Assembly (NCBI GenBank): GCA_964016885.1
Contig: OZ024741.1
Coordinates: 198,896,001-198,960,000, forward strand
DNA from: Eledone cirrhosa
Lineage: Eukaryota
DNA length: 64,000 bases
Direction: 5' to 3'
The stretch's first letter is position 1; every line of letters begins with the position of its first letter. Positions 12,875-24,486 of the stretch are shown piece by piece. Under the pieces are notes generated by a model. The model was not told the origin of the DNA, ran no database searches, and saw nothing but the letters and a program-made list of their open reading frames with translations. The position numbers and the translations under genes were made by a program.

Positions 12875-13702
12875 GGGCATGTAGCTCAGAGATCAGGGAA
12901 TTGCTCCAGGTAGAGCTGCTACTTCTCCACATCAAGAGATTACAGTTCTGATTCTATGGACATGTGGTTAGAATGTTTAAAGAAAAAACTTGCAGGACAG
13001 ATTTTATGAGTAAAGCCAGCCAGGTAGGCCACAAGCAAGATGATTGGATGGTATCCAAAAGCTCAGTTAGTCTTGTTTGGGGATCCAGCCAGATCATTTG
13101 AAGATGGTTACTTCTAAGAGGACCCTCTGGAAGTTGTGTCTGAGGACTCTGTCATCATGACCCTCATGTTAGCAAAACAGGAAGGTCAATGGAGACTGTG
13201 CACCATATGGGAGCAAGAGAGGGGCTGAGCTGTCAATTGATCACCATCTTGTTATCTGCAGCTTGAGACTACCTAAAGCTAAAGAAGCCCACAAAACTGG
13301 GAGGTCCAGGTACAGCATTGGTGGATAATGAAGTCAGGACCAGGTATACAGATACTATTGAATCCAAATTCAGAGAACCCCTGAGCAAACTGAGGATGTT
13401 GAGATAGAGTGGAAATTGTTCAGCTCAGCAGTTTCTGCTTCAGCTGTTAAATGTTATGAGCGACAGAGGCTTGGCATAGCATCGGATGGTAGGACGACAT
13501 CTTTTTTCAATAAAGGGTTCAAAGATGCCATCCAAGCAAAGAAGGAGGCCTACAAAGCTTGGCTTGGAAATAAGTCCTCCTTCTTGTACTTACAGTATAA
13601 GCAAGCATGAAAAATTGCAGCAGAGACAGTAAAGGCGCCCAAAGTTAAGACATGGGAGGACTTTGGGGTTAAACTGGAATCTGACTTCAGATCAGCAAAT
13701 AA
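12875..13702 (+). mobile_element. Two rearranged fragments of an RTE (Expander/Rex3-like) LINE
   Basis: FYGHVVRM (3' end, 12875-13170) precedes RGAELSIDHHLVIC...WEDFGVKLESDFRSANK (endonuclease end and linker). Confidence 0.7.
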
Positions 13703-13729
13703 AGAAAAATATAAATTGAAATAATTATA

Positions 13730-15651
13730 CTTTATAGCCACACTAGTCGAAATCTATTGTGAACAATGTGCTATTATATTTCATGTTGCAAGGATGATAA
13801 CTTGAAGCATATATACAGTTCCAGTCTGTAAAGTGGTCGTGTAGGTGTCATGACAAAAAGCACCAGGCCACATGGTAAAGTGGTCATGTAGGTGTCATGA
13901 CAAAAAGCACCAGGCCACATGGTAAAGTGGTCATGTAGGTGTCATGACAAAAAGCACCCAGTACTTACTGTAAATGAGGTTGGCGTTAGGAAGGGCATCC
14001 AGCTGTAGAAAGCTAGCCAAAATCAGTTCTGTATAAGCAAGACATGGTCACCTGACCTAGCAATGCTCACAACAGGAAAACATGTCTAACCCATGCTAGC
14101 AGCGTAGAATAATAGACGTAAAACTGTGATGATGATGATGACATGCATTGAGAAGAGGTAAACATTGTTGAATAATGCTTAACAAAACCAAGTAAATGCA
14201 AAGGTGACAACTCAAAATATATATACTAAAAAATTTCCCTCTCTTTGAAATGACATTTTGCACGAAAGTACCTTCTCCTCCTCCCGGGAAGGTCTAATCT
14301 GTAATGGATTCAAGAAATTAACCATGTGAAGCCATGCAAAACACATCACATGCCATACATCATCAATGATACTGATCAAACATAATACACGATGTGGGGT
14401 TATTATTTATATATCTCTCCATCTGTATCACTTTCAAATTTACACACACAAACATACACACAATGTATCTTTTGTCTCAGTCATGTTGCTACAATGATAC
14501 GCACACACACATGCATACATGGTCTTGTAACTCCTTAGGGAGACGTAAGGGCGCCATATTGTCATACAGCATTTCTGGGGAATTTTAAAACCTGGTGAAC
14601 CTCATCTTCTCACCAGGCCTGAATATATAGCAGATTTCTTTCAGAGAGGTATAGAGAGTGAGAGAGAATGGAAGTGAGAAAGAGATATAGAGGAAGAATC
14701 AACCCCTGGTACTTTTTTTATCAACCTTGAATGGATGAAAGGCAAAGTTGATCTTGGTGGGATTTGAACTCAGAGTAGAGAGCCAAAACAAATACCAGAA
14801 AACATTCTATATGATGTTCTAATGACTCTGCCAATTTGCTGCCTTACTCACACAAATATACATACAATGCATATTTTATCTCATTCATATTGTTAAAATG
14901 ATACACATATACATGCACACATATATAATCTTGGTATATATATGGTATACCAATCGAGGACTCAGATGATTAAATACATTTAATGCTGCTGTTATTGATG
15001 GTACCACTAGTCAGTAATGAGCCCTAAAGACCATGTGACTTTAAAAAAAAGTCTGTTAAAAATTCAAGAAAAGAAAGTCAGAATTTTTATTGCTATTAGC
15101 TAGCATGAAACTCTAGTAATGAAGCAGTAAATAATCTACCATATTTGTGTGTTTGTGTGTTTCTTTGATTATGTGTGCGTGAATGTGTCTCTGTGTTTGT
15201 GTATGTTTGTGTGCATTTATGATGTATATGTCTGTTTCTTTGTTTATTTATGTGTGTATGTCTGTGTTTGTGTGTTTGTGCATGTGTTTCTGTGAATGAG
15301 AGAAAGAGAGAGATTTCCCACTTATTATTCACTTTGTTTGTGTGCGTGTTGTGTTTGTGTGTTTGCATGTTTGTGTGTGTGTGTGTCCATGTGTTTCTGT
15401 GAATGAATAAGAGAGAAAGAGAGAGAGACCTCCCACTTATTCACTTTCACATTTCTGTACAACACATTAGAAAATGTAAACACATATTTACTCTTTAACT
15501 CTAGTTTAAAACTCAAATATTCAATTAGGTGTAAACATGTAAAAGCATTATCAAGACATGAATTTAGCAGTAGCAGCAGCTGAAGAACATCATTATTGGC
15601 TTCATATTAACTTCTTCATTCTGGTATGAATTAGATAGGTCTTCCTCATAC
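13730..15651 (-). pseudogene. Decayed M12B C-terminal and Cys-rich exon pieces (15540-15651, 14225-14298, 13730-13800)
   Basis: In expected order on the minus strand: IMMFFSCC...SCLDN; acceptor ccattacag + LDLPGRRRRYFRAKC; HPC...TIDFD*CGYK|gt. Confidence 0.35.
14690..14845 (-). mobile_element. Nin-domain tRNA SINE
   Basis: ggtact...tttatcaacc...ggatgaaaggcaaagttga...tttgaactcag. Confidence 0.75.
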
Positions 15652-16213
15652 CTAAATTCTATATACAAATCTTCTATGAGTTGTCTCCCCAGTTTTATCA
15701 GACTGTTTCATCATCATCACCACCACCACCACCACCACCACCACCATTATTTAATGCTTATTTTCCATGCATGCATGTGTTTGACGGGCTGTCATGTATT
15801 GAGGCCTGACTGGTCAAGTGACCAGGTTTTGATGTTACAGTGTTTTTTTTTGGGGGGGGGGGGGGGGGGTTCTATGGCTGGATGACCTTCATAATGTCAA
15901 TCCCTTTACAGCATGTACAGGGACCATTTTATCATACCTCCAACAATACCACTTTAGAGACTGGAATAGGTACTTTATATTCATGGAACCAGCACTAGTA
16001 ATTTACTGGGTATCGTAGACTGGCTACTTTCTTTAATCATTCCACCAGCTCTATCACCTTCCTCTACTGTGACTTCCTTCTAGTACAGGAAGATCAAGGA
16101 AGACCTAGACTGATCGTGCTAATTTAATTTTCAACTTAAATTACTTATTCAACAAAATTTGATAAACAACTATAGATATTTAAATTTTGGGAATTGATTA
16201 TTTTGTATGTATG

Positions 16214-16278
<65 letters not shown>

Positions 16279-16480
16279 GGTGATTGCTCTGCCAGCAGTC
16301 AGAAGATATGTTTACATGCTAGAGTGGTTGAAGCTATACCTCTGTAGTTAGACAACATATTTTCCATGTATCTCTGTCTATAACATTATGGCGTCTTTTA
16401 AAATGTAAACATATCTTCTGACTACTGGCTGTTGAGCGGTTTAGTGAGACTTATAATGAGATTTTTACTTATAGATAACT

Positions 16481-16522
16481 GATTTTGACAAGTCCCAATA
16501 AGGGACGAAACATTTGTAAACC
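16481..16522 (+). ncRNA. Decayed minimal hammerhead ribozyme
   Basis: ttgacaa (from CTGACGA) - GTCCC aataa GGGAC - GAAA catttGTA aacc. Confidence 0.55.
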
Positions 16523-16684
16523 AATATTTAATGTAAAAACATATTTGGAAATTACTTTAATGAATAATTTGCTTCATGCATAATTATTATTTTTAACACA
16601 ATAGGATTTTGTACATATACTTGTTTGAAAGAATGTTTCAAAGAAGTATAAAATATAGCCTTTTGTACTGTTTATTATAATAAA

Positions 16685-16789
16685 CTAGCTGAGGTACCTG
16701 GCTTCGCCCAGGAGAATAGTTAAGAGAAGATGGATAAAAGGGAAAACGACTGTATTGGATGTGTTGTCTGGTATGGGATGAGACCGTAA

Positions 16790-16840
<51 letters not shown>

Positions 16841-17440
16841 CATAAAAATAAACAATCATAAAACTTCCTTATTAGGCTGGGGGAGTAAACTGCCGATTAA
16901 AAGGTAGCATTGGCCTTGGATTTTAAATGTTGTGAAATAACCATTGTCAGTATGATCTTTTTCAGCTCCAAAGGACGTCATCAGCAATATACCGCATAAC
17001 ATTGAAACACAGCAATATACCGCATAACATTGCTTCTGAAGTGTTGCTTTGTTAGTACGGTCTGTAAGTAGTATATGGATAAAAGCTGGAGGGTAGATTA
17101 ATTTCTAATAGTATCAATTTTTCTTTGCTCTGTAAAATCAAAGATGGTAAAACGACTTTATAAAAGCTAACACAATATTGTTAAACCTTCCTATAGATCA
17201 AAGGATCTATAGTTTAAGCCATTTCTAGACTTTCGTGGGATGTTACTCTCTCTCTCTCCCAATATCTAACACTTTAATTGTATCTCTCTCTCTCTGTATA
17301 ACGGTCTATCTCTCTCTTTCTGTCTCTCCCTCTGTCACTCTCTCTCTCTTTAGATGTGTGTGTGTATGTATTTGTGTGTGTGTGTGTAATTTTCATGTGA
17401 TTCAACCAATCAATAAACATCTCTCTTTTATATACATAGA
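16685..17440 (-). mobile_element. Non-autonomous Helitron (756 bp)
   Basis: Minus strand: A|TCTATGTATATAAAA 5' end; 3' hairpin CCTGGgcgaagCCAGG followed by CTAG|T; no TSD. Confidence 0.8.
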
Positions 17441-17544
17441 TTTCTGTATTTTGAGCTGTTTTAACTTCTCCACCTATCTCCTTCCAATTTGTTATATTGT
17501 TTTGGTAAAAAATGATATTATTTTCATATATATACATACACATA

Positions 17545-17775
17545 TCATCATCATTTTCATCATTTCATTTTACGTCCGCTTTTCCCTGCTTGCAAGGGTG
17601 GGACGAGAACTGATTCTGGCTTGATTTCTACAGCTGGATGCCCTTCCTAACACCAACCTCATTTACAGTGAGTGCTGGGTGCTTTTTTGCCGTGGCACCT
17701 CAACGACCACTTTGCAGTGGAATGATAGGGACCCCAGTCCCTATCATCTCATTTCTACAGCTGAGTAAACTCAAG

Positions 17776-17780
<5 letters not shown>
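17545..17780 (-). mobile_element. Composite SINE (Meta-like body plus RTE tail); near-identical copy at 31775-32010
   Basis: Sequence identity between the two copies including gatagggaccccagtccctatc. Confidence 0.8.
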
Positions 17781-17827
<47 letters not shown>

Positions 17828-18024
17828 CTTGAGGTACGATCTATTTGTGGATCGAACAATTGTAATACGTTAATAAATTGTGTTTCGATGCATCACTGAT
17901 TCTTCTCTGTTCTGAAGGAGCATAGAGTGCTCAACCGGCATATCGCCTTTCATCTAAGCATAAACCTAATGACATTCATTGTTTTTGTATTTCTGTGTTT
18001 ATCATTTTGTAAATTATACATATA

Positions 18025-18956
18025 TTTGGTATGAACATGTGATAAAGGAACCGAGTGAGAAACTAGGCATAAGAGGAATCAAATGCTGTGTGAAAGAGAG
18101 GAGATTACTTTGGTATGAACATGTGATAAAGGAACCGAGTGAGAAACTAGGCATAAGAGGAATCAAATGCTGTGTGAAAGAGAGGAGATTACTTTGGTAT
18201 GGACATGTGATAAAGGAACTGAGTGAGAAACTAGGCATAAGAGGAATCAAATGCTGTGTGAAAGAGAGGAGATTACTTTGGTATGGATATATGATAAATG
18301 AACTGAGTGAGAAACTAGGCATAAGAGGAATCAAATGCTGTGTGAAAGAGAGGAGATTACTTTGGTATGGACATGTGATGCATATGAAGGATGACAGGTG
18401 CATAAAATGGTGCAGAGCACTCAAAGTTGATGGAAGCCTTTGAGTGGGGAGACTCAGGAAGACTTGGGATGAGGAGATTAAAGCTGATCCTGTTCAATTG
18501 CCCCTCTCAAAGGCGATGACACAGGACCGAGATCTCTGGCGTTACACAGTAATACAGAAGACCTGACTTACCACAGGAACAGGCAGAAGCTGAAGCATAT
18601 ATATAGTATGTACCACCCCACTCCACTTTCCCATACATCTCCCACGTGGGCAGTACAAAGCATACACCCAGTGAAGTGCCCAGCCCACACAGTAAAGTGA
18701 TTGTGTAGGTGTCACAGCAAAAAGTACCCAGCCCATGCTGTAAAGTGGTTGTGTTGGTGACATGACAAAAAGCACCCAATACTCATTGTAAATGAGGTTG
18801 GCATTAGGAAGGGCATCCAGCTGTAGAAACCAAGCCCAAATCAGTTCTGTATGTGCAAGACATGGTCACCTGACCTAGCATTACCCACAACAGGACAACT
18901 TGTCTAACCCATGCTAGCATGGAAAAATTGACATAAAATGGTGATGATGATGATGA
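18025..18956 (+). mobile_element. RTE LINE 3' end with four 84-bp tandem duplications
   Basis: 28-aa unit WYEHVIKEPSEKLGIRGIKCCVKERRLL x4, then WYGHVMHMKDDRCIK, 3' UTR and (GAT)n tail. Confidence 0.9.
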
Positions 18957-19451
18957 TATATGCACATACATTTATATAATTGTGTGGGGAGATGGAAATA
19001 TTCGGTTTGGTGTCCAAGCGCGTGATTAGCCCATTGGGAGTGAGAGAAAGAACCATAGTTCTTGTTAAGATATCATTCTAGAAGGAAAACTCTGATATAA
19101 AACCTGTTCAAAGGTTTAAAATTGTTCAAAGAATGGAATCTGCCCAGCGCAAGGCCTTGCTTCACTAATAAAGCTTCAAGCACAGGTATCCCTTTTTCTA
19201 AACGACTTTCACGTGTGTTTGCATGAACATGGCTGTCTCTTTTTTCTTTCAGTGCAGAAAGAAATCTATGTCCTTGGCAGAGCTATAAAGTCATGTTTGT
19301 AAACCCCCCCCCCCCCCCCCCCCCCCCATGTATGAGAAAAGGATCAAGAGATGATAATTTAATTCTCGAAACCAAAATGCAGCCATTATATGCTTATATA
19401 TATATAGTGACGAAACATAAGTCAATTGCATGAACTCATAATCCTTTATTT

Positions 19452-19507
19452 ACTGCTATATATATTTCGATGATAGCCATTGAATGGCTATGACCTCATC
19501 AGGCAGT
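19452..19507 (-). ncRNA. Minimal type I hammerhead ribozyme (Penelope-type)
   Basis: actgc CTGATGA GgtcATAGCCA ttcaa TGGCTATcatC GAAA tatatATA gcagt, followed by AATAAA. Confidence 0.85.
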
Positions 19508-20029
19508 TAGTCAGTTCTTAGATATGCCAGCTCTGTGTTTATAGTGTTGATGGTATCAGAGCCTTGGGATATATATAGTTAGATAAAGATATATATATGT
19601 AAACTGGCAGTTTCTTAGACAGGAAAAGGCTGATTCTGCATTTTCCTGCCTGAGGGACCTAAAGCAGCTTAGGTCAACTTCAGAGTAACAGTCTTCTGGA
19701 TAAATCTAACCAAACTATTACACTCTATCATAGTATTGAGTGCTTTTTCTTCTATTTGTTAAAGCCATGACATGTCAGTGGGGGTTGAAACCGTGTAAGT
19801 TCATTTTAACAGTCAATAACCACAGAGTTGTTTGCTTTGTTCATGTTACCATTTTTGTATCATGTACATACCCTCTCGTCCCTTATCATCTGTATGCTAT
19901 TTCATCCCTTATTCATCCTTTCCTACTTCTGTTTGGTTTTCCCTTTACCTGTTGCTAAATTTCCAACTATATATACACTCACACACACATATATAATGGG
20001 GAACTTAGATCAATACAATGCTAAAGGCA

Positions 20030-20970
20030 TAGAACCCATTGCAATCATTTTGAACTTGCCCCCTAGAGACCTGCTTAACTATAACGTGTGAGGAGAAATT
20101 GTTATGGATCAAATCAATGTGATACATTCTTAGGAAAGCAATACCTGAATAAAACAAATTAAGCTGATAATAATTTTAAAAATCCAAGAAGTCCATCATT
20201 TTAACTAAGAAAGAATTGAAATACACTTCATCGTGTGTACTAATTGGTTTCGACTCTTGAAAAGATTTGTCAATTTCAAGTATTGTATATATATATATAT
20301 AAACAATCTATTTTTAGGATGGCTTAGTGGTTAGAGGATTGGGCTTCAATTGAGAGGTTGTGAGTTCGATTCTCGGACCGGGTGATGCATTGTGTCCTTG
20401 AGCAAGAAACTTTATTTCATGTTGCTCCAGTTTACTCAGCTGTAGGAATGAGTTGTGACGTCACTGGTGCCAAGCTGTATCAGTCATTGCCTTTCCTTTG
20501 GACAACATCGGTGGTGTGGATGGACGACTGGTATGCATGGACGACTGCTGGTCTTCCACAAAACAAACCTTACCCAGACTTGTGCCTTGGAGGGTAACTT
20601 TCTAGGTGCAAAACCATGGTCATTTGTAACCAAGTGGAGTCTTAAAAGAATCTTTAGGATCATTGGGCGATAGGAAGTTTTGAACCTGAAAGTTAGAATC
20701 ATCAACATTGTTTGACTATGAAAAATATTCCATGTTGGGCATACAAACCCTAAAGGCACTGCCTTCAATGGTTTAGTTGAACATATTGATTCCAGACTGG
20801 CACTTAACTTATCAATTTCTATTTGTTGAACTGCTATGTTATAATGACCAGCACAATGTAATCACATCCAGCTCTACTTCATACATATGCAGACTTACGC
20901 TTCCTAAAAGGAAATAGAAATCAATATATTTAACAAACATTAATATATTCTTTGGCACATGATGAAATCT
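20030..20970 (-). pseudogene. Decayed M12B core exon pieces (20899-20970 and 20030-20144)
   Basis: ...KYIDFYFLLGS|GTAAGT; acceptor ttttattcag + GIAFL...FSSHVIVKQ / SLGAS..NDC. Confidence 0.3.
20317..20645 (+). mobile_element. tRNA-derived SINE (Meta/CORE-like body)
   Basis: A box TGGCTTAGTGG, B box GTTCGATTC, body gtgtccttgagcaag...ctccagtttactcagctg. Confidence 0.85.
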
Positions 20971-21432
20971 AACTGTTGTTTTATTTCCTATTCTTCTTCT
21001 GACTTGCATTCATTTCATACGAAAAAAATCTGACTAATAACTGCTAAATTTTCACAAAGTATAGAATGTCAAATAGCCATATTATGGCATTATTCCATAC
21101 CACCCACCACACCCTTCCTAGTTTAACACAGTGACAAAGCTAGTATTTAATGAAATTGATTTATTCTACATCAGTTGTACAATATGACACTGCTCTAGGC
21201 TGTTATTTTATGATTGATATCTCTTTTAATAATACTGAGTCACCCAACTCATTTCATAAACCAATAGTCATAGCGAGAACAGTAAGATGTTACTCTGTAA
21301 AGAAATACTTATTGTCAACATAGGAAAATAATATTTTACATCTAGCTTTGTGCTTTCTTACACATTTCTCTTAGCAACAGCCATGGTAATAAACAGATGT
21401 GTTTCTTAATCTTGACAGTGTCTTGTATATAT

Positions 21433-22028
21433 ATCATCATCATCATCATCAACGTTTAACGTCCGTGTTCCACGCTTGCATGGGTTTGGACGGGGGTTTT
21501 CCCACTTGAGGCAAGAGTGATTGTCTTGCTCGCATAGGACTGTCTGGCAGGTTTTCTACAGTTGGATGCCCTTCCTAAACCAACCACATTTACAGTGTGG
21601 GGCTGGGAGGTTTTTACCGTGTTGCCTACACGGCCACATTACAGCGTGGACTGTGTGTTTTTTTGTCGTGACACCTACACAATCTCATTTGTTTCGGCCT
21701 GGATGGTGTGGCACCAACATAACTTTACATAGAAGGGGGCGGTGTGGATGGGGTGGGGGTGGTGGGACGGGAGTGTATTTTGTTAGAGATGCCTACTGAC
21801 TGTAGTAGGTTTTACTTTGTATTTAGGTAAGGCGGGTCTTCTCTATTACTGAGTACCGCCAAAGGTCTCGGTCCAGTGACATTGTCTTGGAGAGGTGTAA
21901 GTGTGTGAGGTCGGAGTTTATCAGCTCGTCCCAGGTTTTTCTGGGTCTGCCTATTCTGTGGCTACCATCTATCTTTATTGCCCTGCACTTTGTTATACAG
22001 CTATCGTCCTTCATGCGCATCACGTGAC
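21433..22028 (-). mobile_element. 5'-truncated young RTE LINE copy
   Basis: RRLRWYGHVMRMKDD...GRPRKTWDELI; (CAT)n tail; near-identical to 24487-25080. Confidence 0.92.
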
Positions 22029-22097
22029 CATACCAACGTAGCCTTCTCATATATATATATATATAGTTCTAAACCTGTGAAGTTATTTATGCACACA

Positions 22098-22175
<78 letters not shown>

Positions 22176-22224
22176 CGTAAATAACTTCACAGGACTAGAA
22201 CTATGCCATTTGCTTGAAATAATG

Positions 22225-22410
22225 GTTTCTGATATAGGCACAAGGCCAGCCATCGACCCGAGTGCGTGACTGGTACTTCATTTTATCGACCCATAAGGAT
22301 GAAAGGCAAAGTTAACCTTGGTGGAATTTGAACTCAGATCATAAAGGGCCGTAACTCTATGCTGCAAAGCATGGTATTCAACCCTCTACCAATACTGCCA
22401 ATCCACTGCC
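22225..22410 (-). mobile_element. Nin-domain tRNA SINE
   Basis: Reverse complement of the 28053-28230 family. Confidence 0.8.
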
Positions 22411-22580
22411 CTATTTACTTGAAATAATGAGGGCATTCCTGATGATTTCAAATGAATGAAACAGTCCTAATCGTTAGAAGTCATTTTTATATAAAATATA
22501 TATGTACCTCCTCTACTAATGCATTGAGTACCTTATTTAACTATGGTTCCTTTCTGTTTCTCATTGTAAAATTATATATA

Positions 22581-23067
22581 CTAGCAGAAAACCACCGTTT
22601 GGGTGGTTTTCTTCTAGTATGTGTAGTGTGTATATTGATATTATACACAAGTATATATACATGTAGATATGATACATCAAATAAGATCGTAATTGACAAT
22701 ATACACAGAAATTGAACGAAGACTGTGTTACACTGTCTTATGTAATCAGTAACGTAATCCACGATACATTAAAAAAAGACGATATTATATATAAACTGTA
22801 TTAGGAGAAAATTAGTGACAGAAATATATGAAAGTTTATTTAAGCGATCGCTGATTGGAAGAATTGACATTTGAAAATTTTAAAGAAGTGAATCTTAAAA
22901 TAAGCAACAATATTATTTATATTTAATCAATAGCCACGAAATTTAGTAGATAAATTATGTAACATTCATTCATTATTTATTCAAAGTAATCCAACTTATT
23001 TTACAAACAGGATATAAAAATATATTCTGGACTCAGTCCCGCATTCCTTACTTTATTATAGTTTAGA
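22581..23067 (-). mobile_element. Non-autonomous Helitron (487 bp)
   Basis: Minus strand: A|TCTAAACTATAATAAAG 5' end; 3' long hairpin (ctagcagaaaaccacc gtttg ggtggttttcttctag) ending CTAG|T. Confidence 0.75.
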
Positions 23068-24486
23068 TATAACGTTGATAGGTATTGGCCAGTGTTGGCC
23101 TAGGACATGTCTAACTTAAGAGTATTATCTGGTGAAGTCTTTCAGATTATGGGTATACAATCTAGTCATGTTTTGGGCACTGTGGCCCACTCAAGTAAAG
23201 GCACCCACTCCACTCTGTAAAATAATAGTGCTAGTGTTTTGAAAAAGCACTACGGTTGATATGATTGATTAAATCTCTTCATGGTGGTACCCCAGCATGG
23301 TCATAGTCTAATAATTATCAGAATTTATTTTCCAGGAATATGACACAGTTATGAATCTAAAGCCCCAGTCTTCAGTGATGTGACTGTGCACATAATAATA
23401 TGACTTTTCCACTAGGTTTGTCACAACTACTGGCCCATCTGAGAGTTCTGCCACTCCACTTGAGTAATGACTGGTCTGTCATAACGTGTCCAACCCTTGT
23501 TAGCAGGGAAAACAAATGTTTAATAATGATATTGATGATAATAATGATGATGACAGTGACAACGATGATTTACTGTTAGATAACTAGAATCAGATATTTT
23601 GTCAATTCAATGCTTGGATTATAGTATAGATTAATGTTCTAATAGGCTACAAGTTCCTGACCATATCTATATAACTCTGAATAAATTAATGACCTCAGAC
23701 ACAACCCCCACTCATTGAACCATTTGTTGTGTCTTCATGCTTTCATTAGGCTGAATAGGGTTGGTAGGCCCCAAATTCTCTTATAACCTGATTTATTGTC
23801 ATGACTCCTTCAGGTAGTGAAGGTTTGTGCTTTGAGTTTTCCTTCTCTTTGTCTGGCTGCCTTCTAAGGCTGTCAAGCCCAAACCACTCACCCAATTATA
23901 CTACATGGGGACTGTGTGTCTAGTGTGTTGTTATACTGGGAGTGTGGTATCCCTTAGCTTCTGTTAATGCATGTCTCTTTGTGTATTGGAATATTTGATT
24001 CCATCAGAGAATTATCACTTCTCAAGGGTGAGCCCCTCCCTCATCTGCCTCCAGCAATATCAGTCATGAGCCAGCCTTGGCAATTCAGGTTCAAAATGAT
24101 GAGTGAGGTTGTTCTTCATCTCACTCATGATCATCGTCTTGGTCCTTTCCTTTTCTATGGAGTCTACTTCATTACTCCGATGGTCTTGAAGTACTGGAAT
24201 AACATGTTTTTAAATAATTTCACTTTATTTTACCTTCTTCAAAGGTTACAGATAATTCTTACATGTTGCAGATAATAGAATTCCTCTATTATTGCCAAAT
24301 ACTGCTTTTGGAAATATCTGTGAGTTTTTGTTGTCCTATTCTTAATTTTCCATTGTAGTGTTGATACTTTTTCAAAGGCGAGCTGTAGTCATTTGAATCT
24401 AATTTCAATATATCCTTTTTTTAAGCCTAACTGCCTAAAACTGCATCTAGTTCTTTGATACAAAACTGTTAGTTTTAAGTTGTTTA

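Noticed and set aside
20317-20385. tRNA gene
   Set aside because: A and B boxes are present but there is no full cloverleaf, and the sequence continues into a SINE body.
24408-24420. ATATCCTTT U12 donor-like motif
   Set aside because: Lies in decayed repeat-like sequence with no upstream exon.
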